Below the pieces are notes generated by a model, which was not told where the DNA came from, made no database searches, and saw only the letters and a list, made by a program, of their open reading frames with translations. 64,000 nucleotides of DNA, from positions 744,001 through 808,000 of the forward strand of contig CDRNVI010000044.1 of NCBI GenBank assembly GCA_977017575.1, given 5' to 3'. Source of the DNA: Paramoeba atlantica. Taxonomy: Eukaryota > Protista > Discosea. The position numbers and the translations under genes are program-made. Below, in pieces: positions 50,125 to 60,761 of the stretch. Position 1 is the first letter of the stretch; each line of letters opens with the position of its first letter.

Positions 50125-51588
50125 CTATTCACGTACTAAAATATAGGGAGTATTTGTATTAGTTCGTTTTTCTTGGCTATTCGCAAATAATTTTTTCCGT
50201 GCGTGCGAAAAAAGTGAACGTATCTTTCTATAGCAAGCAATAACACATAGCACTAGTTCACTCTGCTGACAATGATTCACGATTTTCCAAAACGAATCCT
50301 TCTTTAGTAGTATGTAGCCTACCATAATTACTCTCATTTGAAGGTGCTCTCCTCTCTCTCGCCCTACAAAATTCTTTGAACCAAAGAAGTCGTATATTTC
50401 ATAAACATATTGCAATCTCCTGGAACGACACATAAAGTTTGACCTCATGAAAACATCACTTTGGGTAACACTAGAAGATCGCGCGTCTAGGGCGTCAACA
50501 GAAATGATCGACGAAGCAGAACCTTCTAGGAACTGAAAAAAATCTTTCCGACGAGTGTCCGAACAGAGCCAGACAATAACAATCTGTAACGCTATGTGAA
50601 GATGATAAGTGAGTTCAGAGGTAATTATCTTGCATTTATCATCGTAGTTAATCGCGTCCTTATATTTCACCTGATGATGTTGCCTTGCTGAACAGAAAGA
50701 GTTGGTTGGCGTTGCCTCACCTGTTAGACGTTTCTCCTCTGCTAGAACGTGTTGTATAAAACCTAAGGAAACTTCCTGTAGTTGATCATGACGGAAGTCG
50801 AAAAATACGTCTTTTAGCCGACCAAACTCGGAAGGTGACAAATGCCGTCTGTGTTTTTCATTCAATGCCTTTTGTGTGTCAAAATAATGTGTCGGATCAA
50901 AGTGAATGCATTCTCGGAGACAACGAGCTGTGCGAAGGGTGAGCGTACTTCGGAGAAGTGGATGGACAGCACTAAACGGAGTCCAACAGGAACATGTAAT
51001 TAAGCTATCAATTTTCAGAATAGTCTCTCGTATGACATCGACTAGTTCAAATTCCTTAATCCCCACAAGGTTAAGCAAAATCTGAAATAGGTGGGCTAGA
51101 TGCTCAACAGCTTCAACAGGAGGATACATTCCGGGAGCATTAGTAGTAGAAACGGAGTCCATATAAACTTTTGCGTTTGCACCAGGGATACATGTTTCAT
51201 GCGCTGCTGAATTATCCAGTGTTCCGTTGCGCAATCTTTTTTCATTAATGTAGATGTATATGCCAAGCATCATAGTCGCACCAAACACAAGCATTGTAGC
51301 CTCCTCTACGCGTTGATTTGCTGGAAAAGGCTTTTCGAAGAATGTGCTGAGTGTGAGCGGTACAGAGAGTCTACCGTCCACGCACTGAATAATAAACAGA
51401 GGTTCCTCGACAAAAATATATGCCAGAACTTCCGAAATTATGCTTTCTAGGTGGTTTTGCTCAAGACATAAACAAAACAAAGACCATACTGATATTGCTT
51501 GAGAAAGATTCGGTGATACATTCGACCACATGCGCTTTAAATCTCCAAGTCGCGCAAAGCGTCGATCGACAATGTGGCTATCGATCAT
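50125..51588 (-). CDS. Hypothetical helical protein (~487 aa)
   Basis: Long ORF on the cluster strand; first ATG at 51588; no family recognised. Confidence 0.65.
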   Translation of the reverse strand: MIDSHIVDRRFARLGDLKRMWSNVSPNLSQAISVWSLFCLCLEQNHLESIISEVLAYIFVEEPLFIIQCVDGRLSVPLTLSTFFEKPFPANQRVEEATMLVFGATMMLGIYIYINEKRLRNGTLDNSAAHETCIPGANAKVYMDSVSTTNAPGMYPPVEAVEHLAHLFQILLNLVGIKEFELVDVIRETILKIDSLITCSCWTPFSAVHPLLRSTLTLRTARCLRECIHFDPTHYFDTQKALNEKHRRHLSPSEFGRLKDVFFDFRHDQLQEVSLGFIQHVLAEEKRLTGEATPTNSFCSARQHHQVKYKDAINYDDKCKIITSELTYHLHIALQIVIVWLCSDTRRKDFFQFLEGSASSIISVDALDARSSSVTQSDVFMRSNFMCRSRRLQYVYEIYDFFGSKNFVGRERGEHLQMRVIMVGYILLKKDSFWKIVNHCQQSELVLCVIACYRKIRSLFSHARKKLFANSQEKRTNTNTPYILVRE

Positions 51589-52147
51589 GTCATTTGCATG
51601 GAAACGGCTGGAAAGAATGAACGTTACGGTAATGGTATGCAACGGAAGTAGAAAGAGTTTCAGCACTAGGAAATCGCATATACAGTAGTAGTTCCAAGCT
51701 AGTTGGGTAGTACTAGTCAGAGCTAACCAATGCTACACGACCAATTTGATAATAATTTTGTAATAATTTTATATAAAAAAACGAGGACATTTTTGCATAA
51801 ATACAAATACTATGTAAGTGCATACGTTTTTTTACATGTGTAACATGTACACATACTAAGTACCATAGGACCGTACTACAGGTTCTACAGGTACGCTATA
51901 CGAATCATAGAGGAGCATCAATGCGTAATGCATTCAGGTATATCTCCAATACACAATGTGTATGTCCCCCCAGCATACATATCCTCTTACCTTTATAGGC
52001 ACGTCTCAAATGTATTAACAATTATATTAACAATTTATATTAACAATTATATATTTTATTATATTAACAATTTCCCACATGAGCAAAATTTGAGCTGTAT
52101 GGGACTTGTGAGCTTATTGAATGCATGTCATTCGTTGAAGAATACCT

Positions 52148-53269
52148 TTAGGTGTCCGTTTCGAGTTCAGAAAGCTGCACCCTTGCGCCGGCGTCCGCCT
52201 GCGCATATTCTTCAGCTATTGCTTCCCTGACATGGGATTCTATTTTATCAAATCCTTCTGAGGTGACCAGGGTGTCCGCAACAAGGTGCTTCTTGAGTCG
52301 TTCAATACAGTCTTGGCTTCGTCGTATGTCCCGCACCTCAGATTTCGAACGGTAGGTAGTACCCGGGTCGGACATGGAGTGTCCTGAATACCGGTAACAT
52401 TTCAGCTCTAACAACACGGGACCATTCCCCTTAAGTGCCCAGTCCCTAGCCCATCTTGTTGCAGCTCGCACACTGAAAACATCCATGCCGTCGACTTGAA
52501 CGCCTGGAAACGATCGGCACTGTGTGTAAATTTGAGCGTTCGCACTATGACCCTCAAGCGGAGTACCCATGGAGAATTGGTTATTTTCACATATGAAAAG
52601 ACAAGGTAGTTTCCACAATGCCGCCATATTGTACGCCTCCCAGACCTGACCCTGTGTAACGGCTCCGTCGCCAAAAACGGTCACGCTTACCGCCTCCGGA
52701 CTCCTATCCTTCCATTTGTCGTATACCAAGCTTAGTGCAAGTCCGATGCCGTGCGGAACTTGAGCCCCAACTATGCCATTCGCTCCGTAATAGTTCGCTG
52801 AGACCTTACAAAGGTGCATTGAACCACCTTTTCCTTTGCAGCATCCAAAATGTTTCCCAAGCAATTCGGAGAACACCTCGAAAGCTGTGCCGCCTCGCAA
52901 CACGTGCCATGCATGGGAGCGGTATGAGGACACAAGAAGGTCGTTGTCCTTCAGCGCGGATTCCACTCCAACCGCCACACCCTCTTGTCCATTGTATAAG
53001 TGGCAAAATCCCCGTATTTTCCTTTGCTTGTAGGCAACGTCGCATGACACCTCCATTTCACGTATGTACATTGTGTTGTACAGATCATGCAGCATCGTTT
53101 CAGGAGTAGCCTCACACATGGTGGGTAATGCGAATTCCAAAGCTCTCTGAGTTTCGTTGTAAAGTTTTAAAGGTGCAAATTCAATTTCCCTGGCAGTGTT
53201 CTCACCAGTCCTCTGTATTAGAGAAGCAATCAGATGCGCAGCCTTCGAGGATGGAAATCTCGAAGCCAT
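52148..53269 (-). CDS. PDHA1: Pyruvate dehydrogenase E1 alpha subunit
   Basis: RGFCHLYNGQE, GKGGSMH, GDGA...NMAALWKLP...ENN (ThDP motif) and YRYSGHSMSDPG. Confidence 0.96.
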   Translation of the reverse strand: MASRFPSSKAAHLIASLIQRTGENTAREIEFAPLKLYNETQRALEFALPTMCEATPETMLHDLYNTMYIREMEVSCDVAYKQRKIRGFCHLYNGQEGVAVGVESALKDNDLLVSSYRSHAWHVLRGGTAFEVFSELLGKHFGCCKGKGGSMHLCKVSANYYGANGIVGAQVPHGIGLALSLVYDKWKDRSPEAVSVTVFGDGAVTQGQVWEAYNMAALWKLPCLFICENNQFSMGTPLEGHSANAQIYTQCRSFPGVQVDGMDVFSVRAATRWARDWALKGNGPVLLELKCYRYSGHSMSDPGTTYRSKSEVRDIRRSQDCIERLKKHLVADTLVTSEGFDKIESHVREAIAEEYAQADAGARVQLSELETDT

Positions 53270-53696
53270 GTCTGTAAAAACTGATTATCCGTGCAAGTTA
53301 CAACTCGGCGTGAAAAATCTAATCACTGGGTGGAGCGAGCGCGCTCATCTATGCAAATCAACAAAAAATAAATTTTTTAATGGGTTCTTTCTACAAAAAT
53401 AGAAATCTCTGATATACTTCCAAATAAGAATTTTACACTATTTAAATAGTTGCGGTCTTCTGGAGCTGCGTACTGTTAAAGGGGGGATAAATTGATTTCG
53501 CCGTTCCTCATAAAGACATAAGCAAAACTTTTAAAGTTCTCGGAAGCGAGTACCAGTTCGACACTTCAACTTATTTACCTTCATTTATGAAGTAAACTGC
53601 GTACCTTTTTCAGGCTGCAAATAAAAAAAAATTTATGCTTCGAAGAATTCGCTAATGAAAATCTCAAAAAAAAAATGCTGTTTCACCGAATAGATC

Positions 53697-55922
53697 TCAC
53701 AGTCTGAACGGCGTTTCGCGATCCAGTTCTTTGTTTCGACGATCAATAATCTCCTGAGCGGTGTGTACATTCATAGGTCTGTATTCTAGGAATTCCATAC
53801 TGAATGTCCCAACACCTTTTGTCAAGGAGCGCAATCTGGTAATAAATCCGAACATGGAATCCAAACTTGCTTCACCATTTAATATAGCTTCCGCAGGGCT
53901 TACGGTGGTGTCCGCCACAGTTCCGCCTCGCCTTTGAAACTCGCTCATGACTTCGGTAAACGTGTCGCCAGGTGTTGAGATTTCAACTGACATCCATGGC
54001 TCAAGAAGAGTAGGATTACATTTGGGAAAGTATTCGTCAAATAAATTTTGTGCACAAGCTCTGAAGGCAATATCAGTCGAATCAACATCGTGCGTGCTGC
54101 CACCTTCTAAAACTAGACGAAACCCCCACAGAGGTGCTCGCATCATTGGACCTTTGCCAAGGATACGCATTTCGAACTGCTTAAGAAAGCTTTTTTGTAA
54201 ATTTTCTCGAATTTCTGAATTCGGACAACGAAGTACAATGCGATTCTTTACTCCTACGTCGGATTTTAAGTCGATTTCCATTGGCTCTATAACACCTTTC
54301 ACATGTGCAAACTGGCCCTGTCCTCCTGTTTGTCGTTTATGAGTATAGTCGAAAACCATCTTTTCTTGTATAGTTTCGCGGTAGTTCACAGTTGGTCGAC
54401 CAACTATCGTGTCAATGCCGTACTCCCTGCGCAACCGTTCGAAATAAATTTCAAGATGTAATTCACCCATTCCTTCTGTGATAAGCTCACCGGTCTCCGC
54501 ATTGTTCGACACACATAATGTTGGATCTTCCCTCATAAATGCTTTCAAACGAGTTTCCATTTCATGCTTGTCGACAGACCTTTTCGGTTTAATCGTAAAA
54601 GACATTACCGGCGGAGGAACAAACATATTTTCTAATACGATATTACCAGCCCACATGGGACTTGACGGCGGAACATTTTTCACCATAGTATCACCGCTAC
54701 TTAAACCAAGTTCGCCCAGTACCGCACAAATCTCTCCGCAGCGCACTTCATCAACATTTTCGGTATGGTTGGAGTGCATACGAACAAGTTTGTGGACAGA
54801 GAAATTCTGTCCTGTTCGAACATTTCGCAGGGAATCTCCTTTACGGATCTTCCCTTGATAAACGCGAACGTGATTAGAAAGCCCTGTACTTTTGGTTTCT
54901 TCCAATTTGAACGCAAGCGCAACAAGAGGTTTTTCGTCATCATTCGCAAGCTCAACGCGTTCTCCCCTTACGCGTTGAGAAGAACCTTCATCGTCTGCAA
55001 CATCTTTGATGGTGTAGGCGCTATTTACCCTTTCCCTCGGATTCGGTAGGAACATTTCCACGGCGTCCAAGAGCTGCTGTACCCCTTTGTTTTTGTACGC
55101 CGATCCAACGAACACAGGAACAAACGTCCGATTCACGCACGTACGACGAACAGCTGCTCTTAGCTGTTCCGAACTCGGTATCTTGTCGTTTAGAAAAATA
55201 TCTTCCAGTTCAGGGTCGACTTCAGCTAATAATGTAAATAGTTCCTGTCTTTGAGAATGTACCTCTTTTGACAAGAAGTCAGGAACGTTCTCCGCACGAA
55301 GGTTTTCACCATATTTCCCTTCAAAGTAGTAAGCCTTCTCGTCCAAAATATCTACGACGCCCTCAAATTCGTGGGCAACACCTATGGGTAACTGCATCGG
55401 CGCACATCTAATGTGTAGCCTATCCCGCAACGCCTTGATTGCCTTCTCTGGGTTGGCGCCATCTCGGTCCATTTTGTTGATGAAAACCAAACGCGGTACT
55501 CCGTAGCGACGCATCTGACGGTCTACAGTAATTGTCTGACTCTGTACCCCTCCGACGGCACAAACGACCAGAACCGCGCCATCCAACACCCGTAACGCAC
55601 GTTCCACTTCGATGGTAAAGTCCACATGTCCAGGAGTATCGATGAGATTGATCGGGGTATCCTTCCAGTGACAGTGTGTCGCCGCAGAGCGTATTGTAAT
55701 CCCGCGTTCACGTTCCAGTTCCATAGAATCCATTGTAGCCCCAATTTCATCGCTTCCCTTGACCTCATGAATCGCTTTGATTTTCCCTGTATAGAACAGG
55801 ATCCGTTCAGTAAGGGTTGTCTTACCACTGTCAATGTGGGCACTGATTCCAATGTTTCGAATCTTTTGTAAACGAGCCAAATGCTGTGTAGTTAGTTTGC
55901 GAAAAAAGGAACGACTAAACAT
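53697..55922 (-). CDS. GFM1: Mitochondrial elongation factor G1
   Basis: IRNIGISAHIDSGKTTLTERILFY, RERGITI, DTPGHVDF, NKMD and GMGELHLEIY; transit-peptide-like start MFSRSFF at ATG 55922. Confidence 0.96.
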   Translation of the reverse strand: MFSRSFFRKLTTQHLARLQKIRNIGISAHIDSGKTTLTERILFYTGKIKAIHEVKGSDEIGATMDSMELERERGITIRSAATHCHWKDTPINLIDTPGHVDFTIEVERALRVLDGAVLVVCAVGGVQSQTITVDRQMRRYGVPRLVFINKMDRDGANPEKAIKALRDRLHIRCAPMQLPIGVAHEFEGVVDILDEKAYYFEGKYGENLRAENVPDFLSKEVHSQRQELFTLLAEVDPELEDIFLNDKIPSSEQLRAAVRRTCVNRTFVPVFVGSAYKNKGVQQLLDAVEMFLPNPRERVNSAYTIKDVADDEGSSQRVRGERVELANDDEKPLVALAFKLEETKSTGLSNHVRVYQGKIRKGDSLRNVRTGQNFSVHKLVRMHSNHTENVDEVRCGEICAVLGELGLSSGDTMVKNVPPSSPMWAGNIVLENMFVPPPVMSFTIKPKRSVDKHEMETRLKAFMREDPTLCVSNNAETGELITEGMGELHLEIYFERLRREYGIDTIVGRPTVNYRETIQEKMVFDYTHKRQTGGQGQFAHVKGVIEPMEIDLKSDVGVKNRIVLRCPNSEIRENLQKSFLKQFEMRILGKGPMMRAPLWGFRLVLEGGSTHDVDSTDIAFRACAQNLFDEYFPKCNPTLLEPWMSVEISTPGDTFTEVMSEFQRRGGTVADTTVSPAEAILNGEASLDSMFGFITRLRSLTKGVGTFSMEFLEYRPMNVHTAQEIIDRRNKELDRETPFRL

Positions 55923-56127
55923 ATTTGGAAAAAATGGTAAAAATGATGGTAAAAAGCGTTTTTGCGGGAAGGTGCGTGGAAGTTTGAGCACACAAGGTGG
56001 AAAGGTTCTATCATAGTATCGTAATACATATAAAATCTATGGAACGAACCACAGTCGTACCGATTCCTCCGTATTAGCATTATCCCTAATCCCCTATGTA
56101 TTTCACACTGGCAGGCCAGGCAAGTTT

Positions 56128-57987
56128 TCATTTCCTGAAGAGTGGTTGAATCCCTTTATGTGTCTCTGTCGCGAGCCGTTGAGCACGGTGTATCAGTATG
56201 GGAGATTCCTGTATTGCTTTTCCTCCCAAAAGAGTCCGAATGACAGATTCTGCGCAAAGCGCTACTTGAGAAACATTGTATCCGCCTTCAAGTGTACATA
56301 CGACTCTACCATGAGGCACACTATTCAAGATAAGTTCAGTCATGCGTGCGAAACCACTTGGAGTAACGTTCATGCTCCCCAAGGTATCTCCACGAACGGC
56401 ATCAAATCCGGAGGCAATAAATACAAAGTCAGGCTGAAAATTGTCTATTACTGGCAGGAGAATTCGTTCCACTATGTAGCAATACTCTAGGTCTCCAAAA
56501 CCGTGAGCCGGCCACGGGATATTTATATTCCGACCTAACGCACCAACTCCACCTAGTCGGTCGGCTTTTCCAGTTCCGGGATAGAAGCAAGGTTGTGTAC
56601 TGTCGTACGTTTCGGCGTTGGACAATGAGCCGCAAGATGATCCCTCTGGATCATAGGAGAAATCGGAATCGTCAGCTTCCGATTCCTCAGCAAGTGATCG
56701 GACGGAGGCCCCATCGCGGGACGGGGATTGCACTTCTTTGCTATATCCGAACGTTCTGACGTCGTCGAGTTGATGGTTAACCCGGGTTTCTTGCGTAAAA
56801 AGCTCATCATAGAAAAAATTGTCGTTTAATCTGCCTTGATCTTCCAAGTTTTTAGCCAGAGAAACGTAGTCAATATTACGAGATCTTCTGGTTCGTTTGA
56901 CAGACTCATTGAAGTCTCCTCTATATTCGTCTTCCACATCAGCGAATGACCTTGGTTTGCCATGTTCAAAAGTCGTAGGAGGCTCTTTGACCTCTTTATG
57001 TTGCGTTTCTCTCTTGATTATACCCCCTTCCTTATTGGGATCGTCCGCGTGGCTAGTTGACGCGTCAGGGTGATATGCTTGCACATCGTCACCCAGAGGT
57101 TTTTCATTCGAAAGAATCGTTTTATTGTTCGCAAGTAAAATATGCGGGCGACCCTTTGCAAATTGATGCATTGAAAAGCAAAGCACCTGCGGGTCGTCAT
57201 AAAAGATATTTTCCGTACCGTCCCCATGGTGGACATCCCAGTCAAATATTAGAATCTTGCGTATATGGGAAGTCTCGCGTAGCAATGTTTGGGCTGCCAC
57301 TGCTACGTTATTGAAGAAACAAAAACCACTGGCTTTCTTATAGTCAGCGTGGTGACCGGGAGGACGTGTCAGACAGAACGCATTGTGCACTTCACCTCTC
57401 GCGACCATGAGTGCCGCCTCCACAGCTCCACCTGCAGCCTTTAGACATGCGTCGTGGGAATATTGATTATAAAACAAATCACTAGATTGGTCAAATACGG
57501 TTTCACTTGCAGTGCCAGAGCTCATTCCTTCTTCGCAATCTGTGGCATAAGTTTCATTACGGTCAGTTGCCTCAAACCGTCTGGTATCAGTGACGTCATT
57601 CGAACAACATTTGTTAGAAAGGTCTTCGTTCTCTATCATGTCCAATAACTCATCAGCATCACACTCCTGATTGTTGTCGCTTAACGGGATGTATTGTCGA
57701 CTGCGGAGAAACTCCACCGTTGTTTCGACATATTCAGGATCGTGCGCGTACGATAACCTCGCTTGAGAGCATAGTGGTGCTGAATCAACAAGCGCGACCT
57801 TTTCCAATAGGCCAGCATTCTTTAAGTGCTGAAGAGTCACCGTAACGCGTTCTGGACATTCCGGATGTGTACTAGATTGTTCAGAGCGATGCAGTGCACA
57901 GGCAGCGTCGTAAATCAATGCGGATTTCCTCATTTTATTGTTTTGACCTCTATTGATGGGCGACCATAAATCATTTCCGAATACCAT
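56128..57987 (-). CDS. Class II histone deacetylase (Hda1/DAC3-like) with a long acidic insertion
   Basis: HPECPER, RPPGHHA, GFCFFNNVAVA, DWDVHHGDG, GFDA and LEGGY. A long low-complexity insert lies between SMHQF and FYPGTG. Confidence 0.93.
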   Translation of the reverse strand: MVFGNDLWSPINRGQNNKMRKSALIYDAACALHRSEQSSTHPECPERVTVTLQHLKNAGLLEKVALVDSAPLCSQARLSYAHDPEYVETTVEFLRSRQYIPLSDNNQECDADELLDMIENEDLSNKCCSNDVTDTRRFEATDRNETYATDCEEGMSSGTASETVFDQSSDLFYNQYSHDACLKAAGGAVEAALMVARGEVHNAFCLTRPPGHHADYKKASGFCFFNNVAVAAQTLLRETSHIRKILIFDWDVHHGDGTENIFYDDPQVLCFSMHQFAKGRPHILLANNKTILSNEKPLGDDVQAYHPDASTSHADDPNKEGGIIKRETQHKEVKEPPTTFEHGKPRSFADVEDEYRGDFNESVKRTRRSRNIDYVSLAKNLEDQGRLNDNFFYDELFTQETRVNHQLDDVRTFGYSKEVQSPSRDGASVRSLAEESEADDSDFSYDPEGSSCGSLSNAETYDSTQPCFYPGTGKADRLGGVGALGRNINIPWPAHGFGDLEYCYIVERILLPVIDNFQPDFVFIASGFDAVRGDTLGSMNVTPSGFARMTELILNSVPHGRVVCTLEGGYNVSQVALCAESVIRTLLGGKAIQESPILIHRAQRLATETHKGIQPLFRK

Positions 57988-58150
57988 AGTAGAATAATGT
58001 GCGATTGTATTACGTTATTGGGAGTTATGAAACGTATAGAGTTTTTGATTTCCAAAGCAGTTGGCACTGTAAGAGATGAGTATGTTTACACACAAGTCAA
58101 TTATTTACGGAAACTTCATTCGAATCCGATATTCTTGAAAGAAGAGTAAA

Positions 58151-60307
58151 TTAGTCGCCCATTTTAGCATACTCCAAAATCAAATGTCGTCCGTATAAAT
58201 GCGTTTGGCTAAGCATTCGAAGAGCTTCACGTGCTCCATCCTCCGTAGTAAACTCAACAAATGCAAATCCCCTGTGATTACTTTTTCTGGTGGTGTCGTA
58301 TCGGTACAATCGTTTTGGTATGCGAACAGTTCGAATTTCTGTAAAGGCAGAAAACAATGACTTAATTTCGCTAGGTGTTGCCTCGAAAGGCACGTTCTTC
58401 AGCGTTAGCTTCAGGGGGTCATATCCCGGAGGACACCTCAATATATCCTCCACATCATTGAACGTCGTCGAATGGTTTTCTGTGCGGTGCAACGTCTCTT
58501 CTTGCGCACCTGCATGGGTGTGCGCCTTTTCAAGCGTCAATATCCTACCATCAAGGGTAGCACAAGCATTTTCAAAAGCTCGTAAGCACAAATTCCTTAC
58601 ATTTGCGTCCACGAACTCTACGAATCCATACCCTTTCTGAGCTAGTACTTTTATGCTACGAATGCATTCAGGATTCCGTTTCACCTTTGTAAAATGTTTT
58701 GAAAACGTCTCTCGCAACTGAGTGTTGGTACACGAATGTGGAAGATTCTTTACGTGGACAGTAGACCCACTCATGAATTCCGTATCATCAACATCAATTT
58801 CGTCCCCTTGGACTTCTTTTTCTATGGTTTGAGTAGTCAGTAAACCCAAAGGTGCCCACTGAAGAAACAAGGGCTTCTCATGAAAAACATGAAATGAAAG
58901 TCGTCGAAATGCCGCGCCAGCATCTGTTGCGTGTAAGTAAGAAATTATGACAGGACCGACTCTGCTCGGAGAGCATATTTTTTCTAAGGATCCATGTTGT
59001 TCGAATAGTGTCTTCAATTCATCCATAATGGTGGCCGTTAACTGAGGCAGGTTTTTTACAAGCAGCGTGTCGCTGCTCCTTGGAGTATTGATGTTTAGTC
59101 TCTCAGGTCGAAGGCATTCAACATTTATTCCATCTTTACTTAAAACTACTTGTGTTTCCGATGTTAGAAGGGCCTCCGCAGCTGCCGCTCGTACAGCTAC
59201 ATTTTCAATTGAAGTATTCACAAGGTCGTGCTTGGTAATTTTGAGTCGGGAAGCGACTTCTGCTGTAGCAGTATTTGTGTTGATATACAACGGATTAGAT
59301 AGAGCAGACGCTGTCTCAGTTTTTGCTTTCTTCCGAAACTGTTCATCTTTCGACGAATCAAATTTACGTGTTGGTATCTCCTCTGCCACTTCAGCTACCA
59401 ACAAACGTCCCTGAAACATGCGACCGCTCAATTTCCTTAACGCATCTATGACATCCCTGCTACGAGAAAATGTAACGAACGCCACGCCTTTGGATTGCCG
59501 AGAATCTAGCGTAAGTGGAATATGCACTTCTTCCACTGGACCCACAGCTTTCGAACACATTTTTCGAATCGACGTATCCTGAGCGGTATACGGTATATTT
59601 TTCAAGATAATGCGAGTTGTGTCGGGAGATATTTCATTTAAATATATGGTTTCAGATTCTTCAGAAACCTTCGAGCTGTCAACAACTGGCGTATCATCGA
59701 ATTTTTCGTTTGCAGCTGTAATAGACGCAAGAAAATGTGCATCGCTTTTAGATATTGCAGAGTTTTGAGATGGAAGGTTTGCCGTTTCACCCTTCGAATC
59801 GTCCGACCTTGAAATTCCCGTATTGCTTTCCCGTAGTGTTGAAGTTCTGTTTTTCAAAGCTATATGCGTTTCGTTCAACAATGCCTCCTGACTTGCGCGC
59901 GTACAAAGTTCTGGCGGGCGAGCAAGTTCGACTTGTATCCTGCAGTTTTTGAAAAACGAACTGTTGTGACGTTTTATGGCCTTAGTGGCTGCGGGAGGTA
60001 GCTTATACCCAATGAATGCCATGCGAGGGATCCCAAGTACGGTACGTAAGATGACAAGATCAGTTATTTCACCTTCTGCGCTGAAACGATCTCGGAGTTC
60101 CCCTTCTTTAACATCACGCGGGAGACATGTCACTCTAATCCTCGTTCCAGAGCCCTTATGAACCACCGGGGAGAAATCGTGCATAGTTTGAGATTTCTTA
60201 ACATTTCCCTTTTCAGGGTGCTCCGGCTTTGGACTACGCTTCTTTCTCCCTGGAACGTTAATTCGCTTTGCAGGTTGGTCTTTTCGTCCTCGTTTCAAAT
60301 TCAACAT
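58151..60307 (-). CDS. MRD1: Multiple-RRM pre-rRNA processing protein Mrd1/RBM19
   Basis: Five RRMs, including RMAFIGY, KGVAFVTF and RGFAFVEF...THLYGRHLILEYA, plus the AVRAAAAEALL linker. Confidence 0.92.
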   Translation of the reverse strand: MLNLKRGRKDQPAKRINVPGRKKRSPKPEHPEKGNVKKSQTMHDFSPVVHKGSGTRIRVTCLPRDVKEGELRDRFSAEGEITDLVILRTVLGIPRMAFIGYKLPPAATKAIKRHNSSFFKNCRIQVELARPPELCTRASQEALLNETHIALKNRTSTLRESNTGISRSDDSKGETANLPSQNSAISKSDAHFLASITAANEKFDDTPVVDSSKVSEESETIYLNEISPDTTRIILKNIPYTAQDTSIRKMCSKAVGPVEEVHIPLTLDSRQSKGVAFVTFSRSRDVIDALRKLSGRMFQGRLLVAEVAEEIPTRKFDSSKDEQFRKKAKTETASALSNPLYINTNTATAEVASRLKITKHDLVNTSIENVAVRAAAAEALLTSETQVVLSKDGINVECLRPERLNINTPRSSDTLLVKNLPQLTATIMDELKTLFEQHGSLEKICSPSRVGPVIISYLHATDAGAAFRRLSFHVFHEKPLFLQWAPLGLLTTQTIEKEVQGDEIDVDDTEFMSGSTVHVKNLPHSCTNTQLRETFSKHFTKVKRNPECIRSIKVLAQKGYGFVEFVDANVRNLCLRAFENACATLDGRILTLEKAHTHAGAQEETLHRTENHSTTFNDVEDILRCPPGYDPLKLTLKNVPFEATPSEIKSLFSAFTEIRTVRIPKRLYRYDTTRKSNHRGFAFVEFTTEDGAREALRMLSQTHLYGRHLILEYAKMGD

Positions 60308-60761
60308 GTAGTAGTAAGTGAGATAGTGGACACTAAAGAACCAACGTGTACTATATAAAGAACCAAAGTGTAAAGCATAAGCTTTACTGACCGAAATGTC
60401 TAATGAGGATGTCTAGTTTAGGATGCACCATTATCTGAAGTGCAAAAAGAAGAAATACCAGGCGGAAGCAATCGTGCCCATCCTGCGCGATTATTCCGTT
60501 TTCTGTAGAATACGAAGTATCTTCCGATGAACATGAATATCACGAAATACCAGACAAAGCCACAGATGTAACACTCACGTAGATATTCTAATGCGGAGAT
60601 TACATTCTATATAGTCTGTCTCCTAGGACATGCGTCAAAGTGCATGATAGTGGCATATGTACTATACGTGTATTTCTATCGCGATAATATTAAAATAATC
60701 TTCGTTTGCGGCCGGCTACAAGAATTCAAAGCAAAAAAATCCGGCACACTACATAAATCCA